A DNA stretch of 63,902 nt, counting the filler, from Craspedostauros australis (Eukaryota), in assembly GCA_030167865.1 (NCBI GenBank). It is 14 parts of 14 records of this genome, joined end to end, with 100 filler letters (N's around TTAATTAATTAA, not from the genome) between each part and the next. Parts side by side here need not be neighbours in the genome. Positions count along the whole stretch, not along the records: positions 13,269 to 18,228 come from JALAGF010004447.1; positions 18,329 to 22,195 come from JALAGF010004449.1; positions 22,296 to 24,072 come from JALAGF010004450.1; positions 24,173 to 26,463 come from JALAGF010004451.1; 10 more parts are not named here. The stretch is one strand, 5' to 3'. The notes beneath the pieces were generated by a model. The model was not told the DNA's origin. It did no database searches and saw only the letters and a program-made list of their open reading frames with translations. A program made the position numbers and the translations under genes. Shown here piece after piece: positions 13,353-26,110 of this stretch. Every line of letters begins with the position of its first letter. The stretch's first letter is position 1.

Positions 13353-16300
13353 TAGCTTCTCCCTTCCTGCCTTGTGCTTCATGACGTCGAATTCTCTCCT
13401 TTCTAGCTACGTCACGCTTGCTTGGTTTGCTTGGTGGAGGCCTGGATGGTGTGTCATGTGTTGACCTTGCTGGTGTGTTCGGAGGAGTGACCCCTGTGTC
13501 ATCGTCGGCTTCGTCGCCGGATGGTGTGATCTCGTCATCCTCATGATTGGATTCGCTCCGATCTTCCTCGTCGTTATGGATTGGATGAGTCACTACTCCA
13601 TCGTTCTCATCATCCTCATCGTTGCTGTCTGATAGGATGTAATACCTGTTGTTGTCAGCGAAAGATACTCTCTTCGCTTCTGATGCTTGACGCATTGCCG
13701 TCTTTGGCATTGCTCCCTTCTGTCCAATGGTTGTGAAGCCGTCTGCGTCTGTCGTTCCTACTTTGCTGGATATGTTCGGTGCTGGTGCCCAGCCACGGAA
13801 CTGTCCGTATGATTGGTTGAGCCACTTGATGTCGCGAGAGCAGATCAGTGATTTGGTCGATGGTCTGTACATGTTGTAGACCCCTGATGCGTGTTGGTGT
13901 GCATATCCGATGAACACCATCTCTTCTCCCCTATTCTTGAGTTTGGCGGTGATCCCGCCGTAGGTAGCCTTCACAACACCCACCTCTCCGAATGTGCGGA
14001 GTGCATCCGCATATGGTGGATTGTTGCCAAAGAATTGTCGATGAGGTGACTCCTTCTGATTCTTCGCTACGGTGATGTTGGCGATGGCGGTGGCAGTGCT
14101 CGCAGCTGCTGCCCACAGGCCATGCCTATACTCTTCGTCGAGTTGTGCTCCGTTGAGCATGGAGCGGATCTTGGTGTAGAGGTACGCGAACTTGCGTTCC
14201 ACTCTGCTGTTCTGTTGCGGCGTGTTCGATGCCATGAATTCGAATTTCACGTTCAGTCCTGCATCGATGAGAATATCCTCCGTGGATTTGTTCTCTCCGC
14301 TGTTGTCACCTCGGAAGATGATCTGTTGATCACCAGTCTGTGACTTGATCGTCTGGACGAATCGTTTGATGTACCCTGGTTGATCACTTTTGTTCTTGAG
14401 AAAGAAACTCCAGCAGTGATCCGTGCAGTCGTCCACGATCAGGGTCCAGTAGCGTTTATCTCCGAAGCTTATGTGTTTAGTGTAACTAATGTCACTGAAG
14501 AGACGTTCGCTGCGGCGAGTTGCTCTCGGGATTGTCGCCTTCAAGATGTTCTTCACTCTTGCGTTCGCGACCGCGCAGTCGCGACAAACCGGCATCTCGC
14601 CGATGATCTTCCATCCGTACTGAGCGGCCGTCCGCTTCATGGTCTCGAGTGGCGCGTGGCCGAGCATTCGATGTAAGTTCGCCGCGCTGATCTCATTGGA
14701 TGGATTCTTGATGATGGCTGTGCAAGCCTTGTCGTTGTCTGTTGGCATGATGGGATGCATCTGCACTCCCGTGATGAATCCGTTGGATGTGGGGAAGACT
14801 CGATCGAACACGATCTTCATTCTGGATCCGTTGATGATGTCCATCAGAATGCCATTGTTACCAAGCTGGTAACCGTTGTACAGAGCCTTGTTCGTTGAGA
14901 AAAGGTTCACCGCCATTTTTGGTGTGTACTTCACATCATCAAGCCGGATGATATGGCCAGTGTTGTCTTGTTGCTTGACCTTCAAGCGAATGGATCCCAT
15001 TTTGGGAGAGTCAAGCTTCGTGCTGTCTCCCACTTGGACAAAGGACTCGATGTGCCGCACGTTGAAGAGAGCGGCGTCCGAGCTGACGATGTGACACGAA
15101 GCTCCGCTGTCGGCGAGCCAGGTGTCCTTGTTGACCTTGTCCTTGTATCTGGTGCTCAGCTCATGGAGCTGCTCCACGGCTGCTGCAGCTATCTCGTCGT
15201 CAAAGCTGCCGTCGTCTTCGTCTTCGTGAACTCCATCTTCATTGTATGGATTATGGTGATCCTCATCATCCATGTCGTCGGGTAGTTGCGCATAGTTCGA
15301 TGGAACCGTACTGTTTCGATGTGATCCTGTGGCTGAATCATAAGGGTTGACGCGTGGTTGTTCGCGTAAGAGCACGCGCATGCATCCTCCAAGGATGTAA
15401 TGCAGGTCCGTCTCTGGGATTGTCTCTGTGTTATCCGCTTCCAACAGTCGGTTGATGATGACCGAGTTGGCGAGAATCTCTTCGATTGATCTGAAGCTCT
15501 TGGATAGGATGGATCCCATCATGTTCACCCATATCGGTCTGAGCACTCCTTGTGCGATTCCTGGGAACAGTTTCACTCCTGCTTCCATTACAGCATCGAA
15601 GATGAGTTGCTTCTGGATTATCAATGCTGTTTCCGTTGCGTATGGAATGGTATCATGACGATGGAGGTAGTTGGAGTCGTTGGGATTCCAATCGGTGGGA
15701 AATCGATGTTCCCTGGGTAGACGACACGCTCGTTTGGGTTGAAGCTGTCGTCTGGGTGATCTTCTGTTTCATCGCTGTCGTCTTGGTCGAAGATGCCCGA
15801 TCTGTTATTCCCTGCCGCTGGAGCGGGCGGCGCCGCGCTGCCATTCGTTTCGTCTTGGCCTCTATCATTGTCGTTGATCTCGTCGTCGGCCTCTTCACTC
15901 ATGGCCTCTTCGATGTCGCTGTCGATGACCTCGTTGCCCATCTCGGCTCCGTCGCCGTATGGACCGATCAGGTCGTTTGCGTTGAAGCAGCATTCGTAGC
16001 TCACTTCGCGTCTTGGATCCACCTCGTGGATGATTGGCTCCTCGCTGAGCCACTCTGGGACGATCTCATTGTCCTGCACTTCGTCGTCACTTCCGATGTA
16101 CTCGAAGTTATCGAAGAAGGAGTCTTCGATGTAGTCGTTGGATACCAACATGCACAGCGGCATGTCCTTTGCTGAGAGTACCATCTCGTGCCCGCTCTTG
16201 TCGTGTCCTTGGTTTGCTGTGTTGGCCTGTTCGTCGGCCTTCTTCTTCTCGTTGAACTTCTTCTTTCGGCACTCCGCCTCGCGATGTCCGAAGATGCCGC

Positions 16301-17474
16301 AGTAGTTGCACTTGCCGTTGAAGCCGCTTCCCTTGTTGCGATTGTTGTTGCGCTTTCCGTTCATTTTGTTGTTGTTGTTGTTGTTTTTCTTGTTGTTTTT
16401 CTTGTTTGATTTCTTGCGTTCTGGGCAATCGGCAGATCTGTGACCATACACACCACAGTTGTGGCAGGTCCCCTTGAAGTTACCGGTGCTTGCGAAGCCG
16501 GTGTCGTTGCTCTTCATGTTGCTGTCTTGGAAGTCGTCGATGTACGCCTTGCCTCCTTGACGAGTGGCATGTGCTGTACGGAGTACTCCTTTGATCGCAT
16601 TGATGGTGACTACATCTGGATTGAACGTGAGTTGGTGATGGAAGTTCACGATGTGTGTCTTGTATTTGCTACTCACCGTGCTGAGGATCTGCATGATCAT
16701 CTCTTCTTCAGTAATCGTGTAACCGACATCGTGGAGACGCGAGCGTAACATCTCGAGTCGCATGATGTAGACGTCGGGGTCCGTGTCTCTCTTCATTCTT
16801 TTGTTGTTGAATTGGCGCTTGAGTTTGATCTTCGTCACTGCGTCGGATGGCCGGAACTTCTCCGCAAGAACGTTCCACGCCGCGTGTGGATTCCCCTCAG
16901 GGTAATTGTCGGAGATGCACTGATTGATGTATTGGATGGCTTGCTTGCCTTTTCCTTTCTCTGCATCCATCATGAGGATCAGATCGCTGAAGCAGTCGCA
17001 TCCCAGTTCGTAGATTTCCTCCATCGCTTCCTTGGCATCGTCGGCGGCTGCCGCGATCTCACTCACTGTTGGGACCTTGGTCTTCCCCAACATCATGTCT
17101 CTCGTCTTCTGTGCACGAGCGTACGCCTTCGCTTGGGACTCCCATGCGTTGTAGTCTTTTTGGTCACCGCTGAACATTGGCGCCTTGATGCGTCGCTTGT
17201 TCATGTTGGCTGATGTCGCCATATTGGTTCGTTGTTTCGTCGTTGGTGCGCTCGCGTCCTTGATTTCCGTCTGTTTCTGTGTTGTCGATTCTTCGATTTT
17301 CGCTTGTTGTTTCGCGAGGATTGATTTGCTCACAAATTCTCCTCCTGGTGGTGTCTCACTTTTCCCACTCTGTTTGGCTGTGCGAATGCTCTCCGTCACA
17401 CCAGTCTCCTCTTGCTTGACCGCCTTGAGAATGCTCTTCTCCTTGCGATGCAGTCTCGCAGACTGTTCCTTGTC
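13353..17474 (-). pseudogene. Copia family A gag-protease-integrase, one frameshift near 15680, interrupted at both ends by LTRs
   Basis: Gag with two CCHC knuckles, WLADSGASCH protease, LHRMLGH...CRDC zinc motif, integrase SDISY / DNSGE / NSRVER. Protease-then-integrase order is copia-type. Confidence 0.93.
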
Positions 17475-18228
17475 TGTCGAGATGTACATGTGAGTATATG
17501 TCGAAATGTACGTGTATATGTGCATCGTTCACCTGTTATTCTCTTATACATGTACGGACGGTACAACTACATTCGTGTCAATAGTATGATGTGAGTTGTC
17601 AGAATCACAGCGGAAATGGAACACGAAAATGAGCAGAATTTCTGGAGGAAATTTGGAATCAACGATTTCTGAGAGAATTGGAAACATCGTCCGTCCATCC
17701 ATCAATGGTACCAAGAGAATCTCGATGTACCTCCCAACTAAACCTCAGATGACGATATCATCTGAGAGACCATCACATCATCGACGGAACGTGACATCTG
17801 GAGAGCAGAAGGACGACAGCTGACGTAGACAGGATGCCACCGTGTCACCACATCGACATCTGTCTCCATGTCAGAAGCAGAAGGTAAAGATCAGATGACC
17901 GAAGAGCATCAAGATCATGGATACAAGAGGTGAAGTTCAAATGGTAAGTACTCATGGAGTAGGAACCAGTAGTGAACGAACAAAGTGTTGAATGCGGAGT
18001 ACGTATCGAACGCGAAGCATTGTGTAGCACGAGTACACGATATTGAGAAAGAGAGAGAGAGAATACGAAGAGCAGCGAGAGAGCATCTCATGTACCGACT
18101 CATAGTCGGACGACCCAATCTACGAGATAGACAAACGTGCTGAGAGCATCGGGCAAAGACAACAGAGACACCAAGAGGATTGGAGTGCCAACATAATGAA
18201 ATAACAAACGAGCGACTATCAACAACAC
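17475..18228 (+). mobile_element. Family A LTR inserted antisense into the 5' part of gag
   Basis: Starts TGTCGAGATG and is colinear with 5252-6030; cut off by the contig end. Confidence 0.9.
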
Positions 18229-18690
18229 NNNNNNNNNNNNNNNNNNNNNNNNNNNNNNNNNNNNNNNNNNNNTTAATTAATTAANNNNNNNNNNNNNNNN
18301 NNNNNNNNNNNNNNNNNNNNNNNNNNNNGAATCCAAGTGAAGTCCATCTGACAGGATCTGAGGAGCATATAGTTCCCACATGCGTTGGTTGGCTTAGACG
18401 GACCGTAGCATGAGAATCGGGAACGATTCGTGACTGAAAAGAGGGGAGGGCAAGGAAGGTCTGTCCATTGTCGGGTTTGGACAATTACGCGCCAAAAGTA
18501 ATTTCAAGCAACGACACGGGATACCCTAAAAAGGAAAGTAGTTGGTTCTTAGTTGAACTTCAACTCGCGCAGGGATATCTTCGATTCGTGGATGATTCGA
18601 TGATCAATTCATCATGATCGAAGATTTGCTTCCGACACGATCGGGAAATTCCCGTGCCTTAAAATTGAGTCACTGGAATAATTCCACACG

Positions 18691-19872
18691 CCAGACCTCT
18701 GCCGCGTCATCGCCCTGATCCATGGTGCGCTTTTCCATTGGCATCACTCCTTCCGCGAAAGCCTGGACCCGTTGTCGCGGGGATACAGCGTGCTGCTGTC
18801 CATCGGGGACACGGAGAAGGCGTTCATTACGGCCATGGTCTACTGCTTCTCGTACATGAACCTGGGGCTGTGTCTGGCACCGCTGGAGTCCGATGCTGGG
18901 AACTACCAAAAAGCATCCGTCCAGTTCTCCCTGCCCATGTCCATGCAGGTCCTGTTTTCCATGTTCCGTCAAGCCATCTCCAACCTCCAAGGCGAGAGCT
19001 TCAACATGACGCAGCATCCCGCGGCGCTCAACGGTGATATGATGAAGGAGCGTGAAGTCCTGGATGCTATGAAGGGATCCAGTCAGCATCGCTCAACCTT
19101 GCGCGACATCTGCGCATTCCGGCTCATGCTGGCGTCCGTCTTCAACGACCGCAAGGCCATGGAATTCAACCTCGATGAAAGCCTGGATATTCTATTCCAC
19201 GAGCCCATGATATCTCGCGTCCACTTTCGCTCCACGTTCACTGCGATCGCGTGCCTCCTGTTGGCGCATGATAGTTCCTACAACCTGTCGCTGACCAAAC
19301 GCAGGCGATACCTTCAAACGGGACGCAAGATCGTCCAGACCTTTCAGGACAGCGTGAAGGATGGATCGGTGAATGGCTTCTCGGTCCTGATTCTGCTGAA
19401 AGCCATCGATGGTCGCATGGAGGGTCTATATCAGAAGGCCATCATCGCGGCTGGGCGCAGCGGGTTGCTGCATCTCGAAGCCATAGCCAATGAACAGCTG
19501 GCGATATTGCTGATGACATCTTCATCGGCATGCACGGCGTACGAAACTGACGCAGAGCACGAGGCGGCCATCGAGAGGTACAAACAGAGGGCGCTGAGGC
19601 TGTATGCTGATTGGGGGGCCCACGGGAAGGTGGCGCAGCTTCGGTCTTCCGATCGCACGTTGGGGATGAAATCCACGCATCGTGCCCAGAAGGCAAGGGC
19701 GTTGAAGGCCAGAACACGCTTCGATGAAGGATCCAGCACTGCGATGATGCGGAAGATCAATTTGGGCGTTGAGATGTCAACTTCGGTGCTTGAGGACGTT
19801 GATGCGACCGATGACGACGAAGAGACGGTGTCTCGCGAATCTAGACCTGTGCCGGTCCGTGGGTTGGCGTAG
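18691..19872 (+). CDS. C-terminal part (probable last exon) of an AAA-ATPase / sensor-kinase-like helical protein
   Basis: Open frame from ~18682. Motifs HWHHSFRESLDPL, YQKAIIAAGRSGLLHLEAIANE and LYADWGAHGKV recall the C-terminal region of AAA_16-type proteins that are expanded in diatoms. Confidence 0.65.
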   Translation, partial: PDLCRVIALIHGALFHWHHSFRESLDPLSRGYSVLLSIGDTEKAFITAMVYCFSYMNLGLCLAPLESDAGNYQKASVQFSLPMSMQVLFSMFRQAISNLQGESFNMTQHPAALNGDMMKEREVLDAMKGSSQHRSTLRDICAFRLMLASVFNDRKAMEFNLDESLDILFHEPMISRVHFRSTFTAIACLLLAHDSSYNLSLTKRRRYLQTGRKIVQTFQDSVKDGSVNGFSVLILLKAIDGRMEGLYQKAIIAAGRSGLLHLEAIANEQLAILLMTSSSACTAYETDAEHEAAIERYKQRALRLYADWGAHGKVAQLRSSDRTLGMKSTHRAQKARALKARTRFDEGSSTAMMRKINLGVEMSTSVLEDVDATDDDEETVSRESRPVPVRGLA

Positions 19873-20474
19873 GTACTTGCATCGAAAACAAAGGGGAATT
19901 GCGTCTTCAATGTAGGTACATGAATTGGAGTTGATTACTCTGCTCCAGTCTGCATGCTTCAGCAATCGTCGGCAGAGCATTGCCCATGAAGCACTCGCCC
20001 ATTTTTAGCAACAGATAGAACAGCATTTGAACAACTCTTCCGTGTGTCAGTATCAATCAGACGATGGCTGAATTGAGTCGAGTTCAAACATCTCCGAGCT
20101 GCCAGTGCCTTCTCGCACAAATCCATGGCGTGATCGATGTCGTGGCGCGAGATTTGGGAACGTACGTGCGTGCAACTGAGGTCCCATCTATCGAGGCTGT
20201 GTCCAAGACGTATCTGGCGTTGATGCGGCGGTGCTTCCACATGAAAGGGTTGGTGTTTTAAGTCGCAATAGTTCTATTGGCCAGCTGGATCGATTGGTTG
20301 GTTGGTTGATCGGTTGATCGATTGGAAACTGGCACTTGACTGCACCATGAGTTGATGGCCGTGCAGACATCTCTATGGCATTCTACATACAATAAAACTG
20401 TGAAACACAGAGTACTCGTAGCATTTCTCATCGGTATTAGGTATACTCATCATCAATGAGTCTGTGTTATGCAC

Positions 20475-21908
20475 CTACGCCCCATGCTCTTGTTGCCAGG
20501 TCGCAAGGAAATCAGCAATCTCAGTGTGCCCAAAACGTACAGCAAGACGAGCAGGTGTGCAGTTGCGGCATAGCACATTGATGTCAGCATTGCTGGACTC
20601 GACCAGATACTTGACAACATTCAAGTGACCGCTGACACATGCACCATGAAGTGGGGTGAGGCCTGCGTTGGTTCGTGCGTTGACATCAGTGTTGGTAGAT
20701 TCCAGAAGATACTTCACAACATTCATGTGACCGACGCGACATGCAACATGAAGTGGGGTGACGCCGATGGTGGTTTGTGCGTTGATATCGGCGCTGGAAG
20801 ATTCCAGTAGATACTTGACAACATTCAAGTGACCATTTTGACATACAATATGAAGTGGGGTGAAGCCGCCACTGTCTTGGATATTGACGTCGATGTTGGA
20901 AGATCCCAGAAGAGACTTTCCAAGATCAGTCTTGCCGTTTAAGCATGCAATATGAAGTGGGGCTAAGCCGTGACGGTCTTGGACGTTGACGTTGAGGTTG
21001 GGAGATTCCAGAAGAGACTTTGCAACTTCCAAACGGCCGAATAAACATGCCGCAAATAATGGAGTGTAGCCTTCGTCGATTTCTGTATTGACATCAGCGT
21101 TGGAAGATTCCAACAAATATTTGACAACGTTCGAATGGCCGTATAGGCAGGCAATAAAAAGCGGAGTGGCACCACGAGCATCTTGGACATTGACATCAGC
21201 ATTGCATGAGTCCACCAAGTACTTCACAACCTCCAAAGGGTCACGTCCAGAGTACTCAACATCCAATGAAGCATATTGATCCCACCTCCGAAAGTCGGCG
21301 GGAGCGGAGCGTATTTCGTCCCTGCGCTCCATCATTTCCGAAGCGCCACTTTGGCATGCATAATGCAGCAGCGTGCAGCCAGCACTATCCACGATAGTGA
21401 CATCGACGTTGAGCGATTGCACCAGATACTTCATACAGTCCAGATGACCTCGCGAGCACGCCCATTGAAGTGGAGTGAGGCCGCGAGTGTCCCGAACATC
21501 GATGTCTGCATCACATGAGCCCACGAGATACTTCGCACAATCCAAATGACCGTGATGGAAAGTGCACTGGAATGCAGTTGCACCACGGAAACCAGGGATG
21601 GATATGTCAGCGTTGCATGCTTCCACCAGGTACTTCACACAATCCAGGTGACCATTCCAGCATGCTGACACAAGCGGGGTGCTCCCATTGTTGGCTTGGA
21701 TGTTGATATAGGTCGAGCTTGATTTCACCAGATACTTCACACAAGCCAAGCGGCCTTTGCTGCATGCTCGATGCAGGAGAGTCTTGCCATTGTCATCCTT
21801 GATGCTACCGTGATCGTCTCTTGGGTTGTTGTTCTTCCACTCCTTCAACATTGTCAGATTCCCGTNNGTGGCAGCGCGAAGGAGTTTGTCTTTCGTGATG
21901 TTGGACAT
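20475..21908 (-). CDS. Ankyrin-repeat protein
   Basis: About 12 GxTPLHxAC..G.L..VKYL repeats. Likely start MSNITKDKLLRAA at 21908, by similarity to the paralog starting at 42564. Confidence 0.92.
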   Translation of the reverse strand: MSNITKDKLLRAAXXGNLTMLKEWKNNNPRDDHGSIKDDNGKTLLHRACSKGRLACVKYLVKSSSTYINIQANNGSTPLVSACWNGHLDCVKYLVEACNADISIPGFRGATAFQCTFHHGHLDCAKYLVGSCDADIDVRDTRGLTPLQWACSRGHLDCMKYLVQSLNVDVTIVDSAGCTLLHYACQSGASEMMERRDEIRSAPADFRRWDQYASLDVEYSGRDPLEVVKYLVDSCNADVNVQDARGATPLFIACLYGHSNVVKYLLESSNADVNTEIDEGYTPLFAACLFGRLEVAKSLLESPNLNVNVQDRHGLAPLHIACLNGKTDLGKSLLGSSNIDVNIQDSGGFTPLHIVCQNGHLNVVKYLLESSSADINAQTTIGVTPLHVACRVGHMNVVKYLLESTNTDVNARTNAGLTPLHGACVSGHLNVVKYLVESSNADINVLCRNCTPARLAVRFGHTEIADFLATWQQEHGA

Positions 21909-22295
21909 GTCGGCGTCATGATTGTTGGCTGTGACGTGTGGTGTGTTGGTATTGTGTGAGTGGTGTCCGAAAGCTGAAGCAATCCGCGACAGTACATTGC
22001 GGATGCATGAAGAATAGAAACACATCGCGTGGACGTGACGAGATGATGTGAGTTGTCGCTGATGTGATATGAGAGGAATGGAGTATGTATGCGATAGAAG
22101 TCCAATTCGCACAGAGGATTCATTCATTTTATGAACACAGCTTCGAAGAGATGGTTGGATGGAGCTGCCAGAATACGCCTTTCCCTCATGATCTCNNNNN
22201 NNNNNNNNNNNNNNNNNNNNNNNNNNNNNNNNNNNNNNNTTAATTAATTAANNNNNNNNNNNNNNNNNNNNNNNNNNNNNNNNNNNNNNNNNNNN

Positions 22296-24072
22296 CTCCA
22301 TTCGAGCCTGTCGGTCAGAGAGCTTCTTCAGCCGTTTCCATCCAGGCTGATCGAGCAATCCGTTCTTTCGGCCGTATGCTGCACATGATACAGGATCATC
22401 TTGCAACATGGTGGAGAGTGGTTCGGATGTTGTTGATCCGTCATCCCATTGTACAATGACATTGTATCGGGACCCNTTGTAGGTCTTGGCGTTCGGAGCG
22501 AGNGGTCCTTCGTGNCCGATGATGCCTTGGAATCCCCATACTCCGTCTTCGTCGTCTTCGTTGTGTTCGAGCTGCTGTTCGATGATGTCGGACAGCTGGA
22601 CGTAGGAGATGAGCTCGTTGGTGGCTCCATCGTCGAAGGCGAGCAACATCTTGATTCGCTGATGGTTCGCTGCATCTGCATCGTTGACACGTTGGATGAC
22701 TTCGGCCTTGACTCTCTGTCCGTCGCGGTCGTACAGGAAGGTCTTGCCGATGAGATCCTCTGGTGTGAATCGAGGGATGGAGACTCTTGCCATGNNNNNN
22801 NNNNNNNNNNNNNNNNNNNNNNNNNNNNNNNNNNNNNNNNNNNNNNNNNNNNNNNNNNNNNNNNNNNNNNNNNNNNNNNNTGGGACGTCGTCGTCAAGCT
22901 CCCCATCATCAGGTGGGTTCGTGTCCGAGCCGTCTTCCTCCCCAACGTCGGCCAGGGGAAAGTCGACACGCAGGTTGCGGGAGCCGTGCTCGTCGGCTGC
23001 ACGGACCGAGGATCGAGGAAGGAGCTGTTGGGTGTCATCGTCCAACACCCAGAAGGTGAGTTCGTCACCTTTGTGGAGGCAGGGTCCGGCCCACCTCCCC
23101 TTTCGCTCCTTGGACTGGCTGGGAAAGCCAGGTTTCTCCACGCGGTAGTACACCNNNNNNNNNNNNNNNNNNNNNNNNNNNNNNNNNNNNNNNNNNNNNN
23201 NNNNNNNNNNNNNNNNNNNNNNNNNNNNNNNNNNNNNNNNNNNNNNNNNNNNNNNNNNNNNNNNNNNNNNNNNNNNNNNNNNNNNNNNNNNNNNNNNNCG
23301 AGCAGGTGTGCCCGTCCTGTCCATGATGCCGTTCGTCATGCGCTTGATGTCTTGGATACGCCTCTCTGCGGCGTTCTGGTGTTGGTGCTCCGGCTCGCTC
23401 TGATGGTCAGCGATGGAGTACTGCCGGAGGATGTCTTGCACCTTGAATCCGATCTCGGATTTTGCGTTGTCGGACATCAGGAGGTCAGGAGCTCCGTGAC
23501 GTCGGATGAAGTCTTGGAGAGTGGAAGCGACTTGCTTCTCCGATGTCATGGGGAATCCTGCGGTGAAGCGAGANTCCACGGCCACGTATACTTGCATCAT
23601 CGTGCTGCCACCATGGCCTGGCACACCATCGTCGTGTGCAGGTGTGTCAGAGAACAATGTGTCCATGGCAACGGTCTCGTGGAGCCTGTCCACGTTCGCG
23701 GCAGGGAATCTGGTCTTGAAGTGCTTTCTCATGGTGAACCGCTCGGAGGTGCGGTACCATTGGGACGTGCACTTGAGAGTGTCTTGGACTCTTCTGGCCG
23801 GGATCCATCCGAAGTACGGACGGAGGGCCTCACAGTCGATCGTCGGCTTCACACGAGTGATAGCGCCCTGGTTTGGGGCACCTGTCTCACTGGTGAACAC
23901 TTCGATGGAGTCTGGTGACTGGACGCCGTCGTCTGGGGCACCATCGGAGATCCCGTCCAGCAAAGTGAATTCGTGGTCGAGAGTGGATGGGTCCCACTCT
24001 TCGTCGGCGGTGAAGTCCACGTGTGGGTACGTGTCGATCTCCTTGCGTGTGGGAGGCCTCATGTCCATGTAG
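22296..24072 (-). mobile_element. Diatom CoDi-like Copia pol fragment (integrase and downstream region)
   Basis: MDTLFSD / SDNAKSE / QNAAERRIQDIK integrase triad, followed by YNVIVQWDDGSTTSEPL. Confidence 0.85.
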
Positions 24073-24172
24073 NNNNNNNNNNNNNNNNNNNNNNNNNNNN
24101 NNNNNNNNNNNNNNNNTTAATTAATTAANNNNNNNNNNNNNNNNNNNNNNNNNNNNNNNNNNNNNNNNNNNN

Positions 24173-24528
24173 ACAGCATCGAAGGACTGCACTGATCGTG
24201 CCAGAACTCCATGTTCTGAGCAAGTGTGAATGTTGGTGGACATGTGAGAAGAATGAATGAACAACACGAAAGAGTGCACTGAATGAGTGACGGATGTCTG
24301 ATGAGAAGAGAGTGAATCGAGCATCGGCATGCATGCGCCTCAGGAGTGTAGACTGATCTCCCAACAGTTGAGCATGATGAAATGCACTTGTCATGAGCAA
24401 TGAAATGGACATGACGGAGAGAGATTGCAATGGTGATCATGAGGGGCAACTACAGGAGGCCATCAGCATCATCATGGGCAAACGAGTTGACGATTTGAGA
24501 AATGAGTGTGTTGTTCTCACAGTTCTAA
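24173..24528 (+). mobile_element. Probable LTR segment upstream of a family C-like gag
   Basis: Non-coding. Shares GAGAA(A)TGAG...CTCACAGTTCT with the family C LTR near 12960-12980 (minus strand). Confidence 0.5.
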
Positions 24529-24681
24529 NNNNNNNNNNNNNNNNNNNNNNNNNNNNNNNNNNNNNNNNNNNNNNNNNNNNNNNNNNNNNNNNNNNNNNNN
24601 NNNNNNNNNNNNNNNNNNNNNNNNNNNNNNNNNNNNNNNNNNNNNNNNNNNNNNNNNNNNNNNNNNNNNNNNNNNNNNNNN

Positions 24682-26110
24682 TTTGGCAAGTCCGATCGTT
24701 ACCCCATCGTGTTCGACGGAAAGAAGTCCAACTGGAACGCATGGAGCGCTAAGTTCCTCACCCGCGCCGAACGCAAGGGCTACGGAAACTTTTACCTCCA
24801 AGCTGCAGATGCCGTGGTGGTGAAGGATGAACCTCTCGGACCGTCCGGTCTTGCCCCGACGACGGGCGGAGACTCGGGTACGGGGGAAGTCAAGAAGGTG
24901 TCAGCTATGTCCTACACGGAGAAGGCTGAGTACCGGAAGGCGTTGGCGAAGTACGCGTTTGAAGAACTGACCATGGCTATCAACCATGAAACTCNNNNNN
25001 NNNNNNNNNNNNNNNNNNNNNNNNNNNNNNNNNNNNNNNNNNNNNNNNNNNNNNNNNNNNNNNNNNNNNNNNNNNNNNNNNNNNNNNNNNNNNNNNNNNN
25101 NNNNNNNNNNNNNNNNNNNNNNNNNNNNNNNNNNNNNNNNNNNNGAATGCGGTTGAAGAAGGGCGAGCGCCCTGATTCGTTCCTCACCGAGATGGAGGTG
25201 CTCCGCAACCGTTTGGGGAATGCTGGCGTGAAGATCGACGTCGAGCAATACAACATGCTTGTACTCAACGCTCTCGGGAGAGACTACGAGATGGACGTGA
25301 AGCTCATAGAGCTCAAGTTCGCAGGCAAAGAAGACAAGATGACAGTTNNNGACATCCGCGAGGCCGTGTGCCTCACCTACGACCGCCACCATACCAAACA
25401 TGGTTCTAAGCGCGAAGGAGGCAACCATGGCAAGGAGGAGATGGCCTTGGCCGCGATCGGTGGGTTCAAGGGGAACTGTCGCAACTGTGGCATCTACGGA
25501 CACAAGAAGGCGGACTGTCGCTCCCCTACCAAGAGCAGCAACGGCAAGCAAGGCGGTGGCGCCAAGAAGAACGGCAACCGCGGCAACGGCAACCGCAACA
25601 ACGGCAACTTCAACGCCGGAGGCTTCAACGGCAAGTGCAAGTTCTGTGGCAAGACAGGCCACAAGATCTTGCAATGCTTCAAGTTGAAAGCAGCGATGAA
25701 GGACGCAGACTCAGCCAATGTGGCTACTGACGGGATGGACGGCATGGACGACGTCGCGCTGGTCACCGTCGATGATGTGATGATGTGTCACGAAATCTCA
25801 GAGGATGGAAAAATCGCGCGCAACATCGAAAATGTGAGCGAAACCAAAATTCTCACCAACCACGAAATCGTGACAACACACACCCACGACACGGAGAGCG
25901 GTATCGAAAACCTCATGGAGGACATGGCTCTCATGGTCGTCGATGGAGACCTGGCCGCAGGGTTCTACAACGGAACCAACAACAACAACGACGATGGATC
26001 GGTCGAAGTGGTTGGGATCCGCAGCCCGAACGACTACGGTTACTACGGACCGCAAGTCGACGCGGAGCGCATGATGAGCGACAACTTGTTCTCGTCTGAT
26101 GAGAGCGAAG
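24682..26110 (+). CDS. Copia family C-like gag (gapped)
   Basis: Clear paralog of 11211-12824: KALAKYAFEELTMAINHET, two CCHC knuckles, ANVATDGMDG. Confidence 0.88.

Noticed and set aside
13269..18228. Autointegration product or inverted-LTR (DIRS-like) element
   Set aside because: Both junctions are LTR 5' ends at different sites with different flanks (TAGCT, TTGTC), and the internal part is ordinary copia gag-integrase. Two independent insertions fit better.
22449..23918. 489-aa plus-strand ORF and similar long antisense ORFs over TE and GC3-rich genes
   Set aside because: Shadow frames of real minus-strand coding sequence, inflated by N runs.
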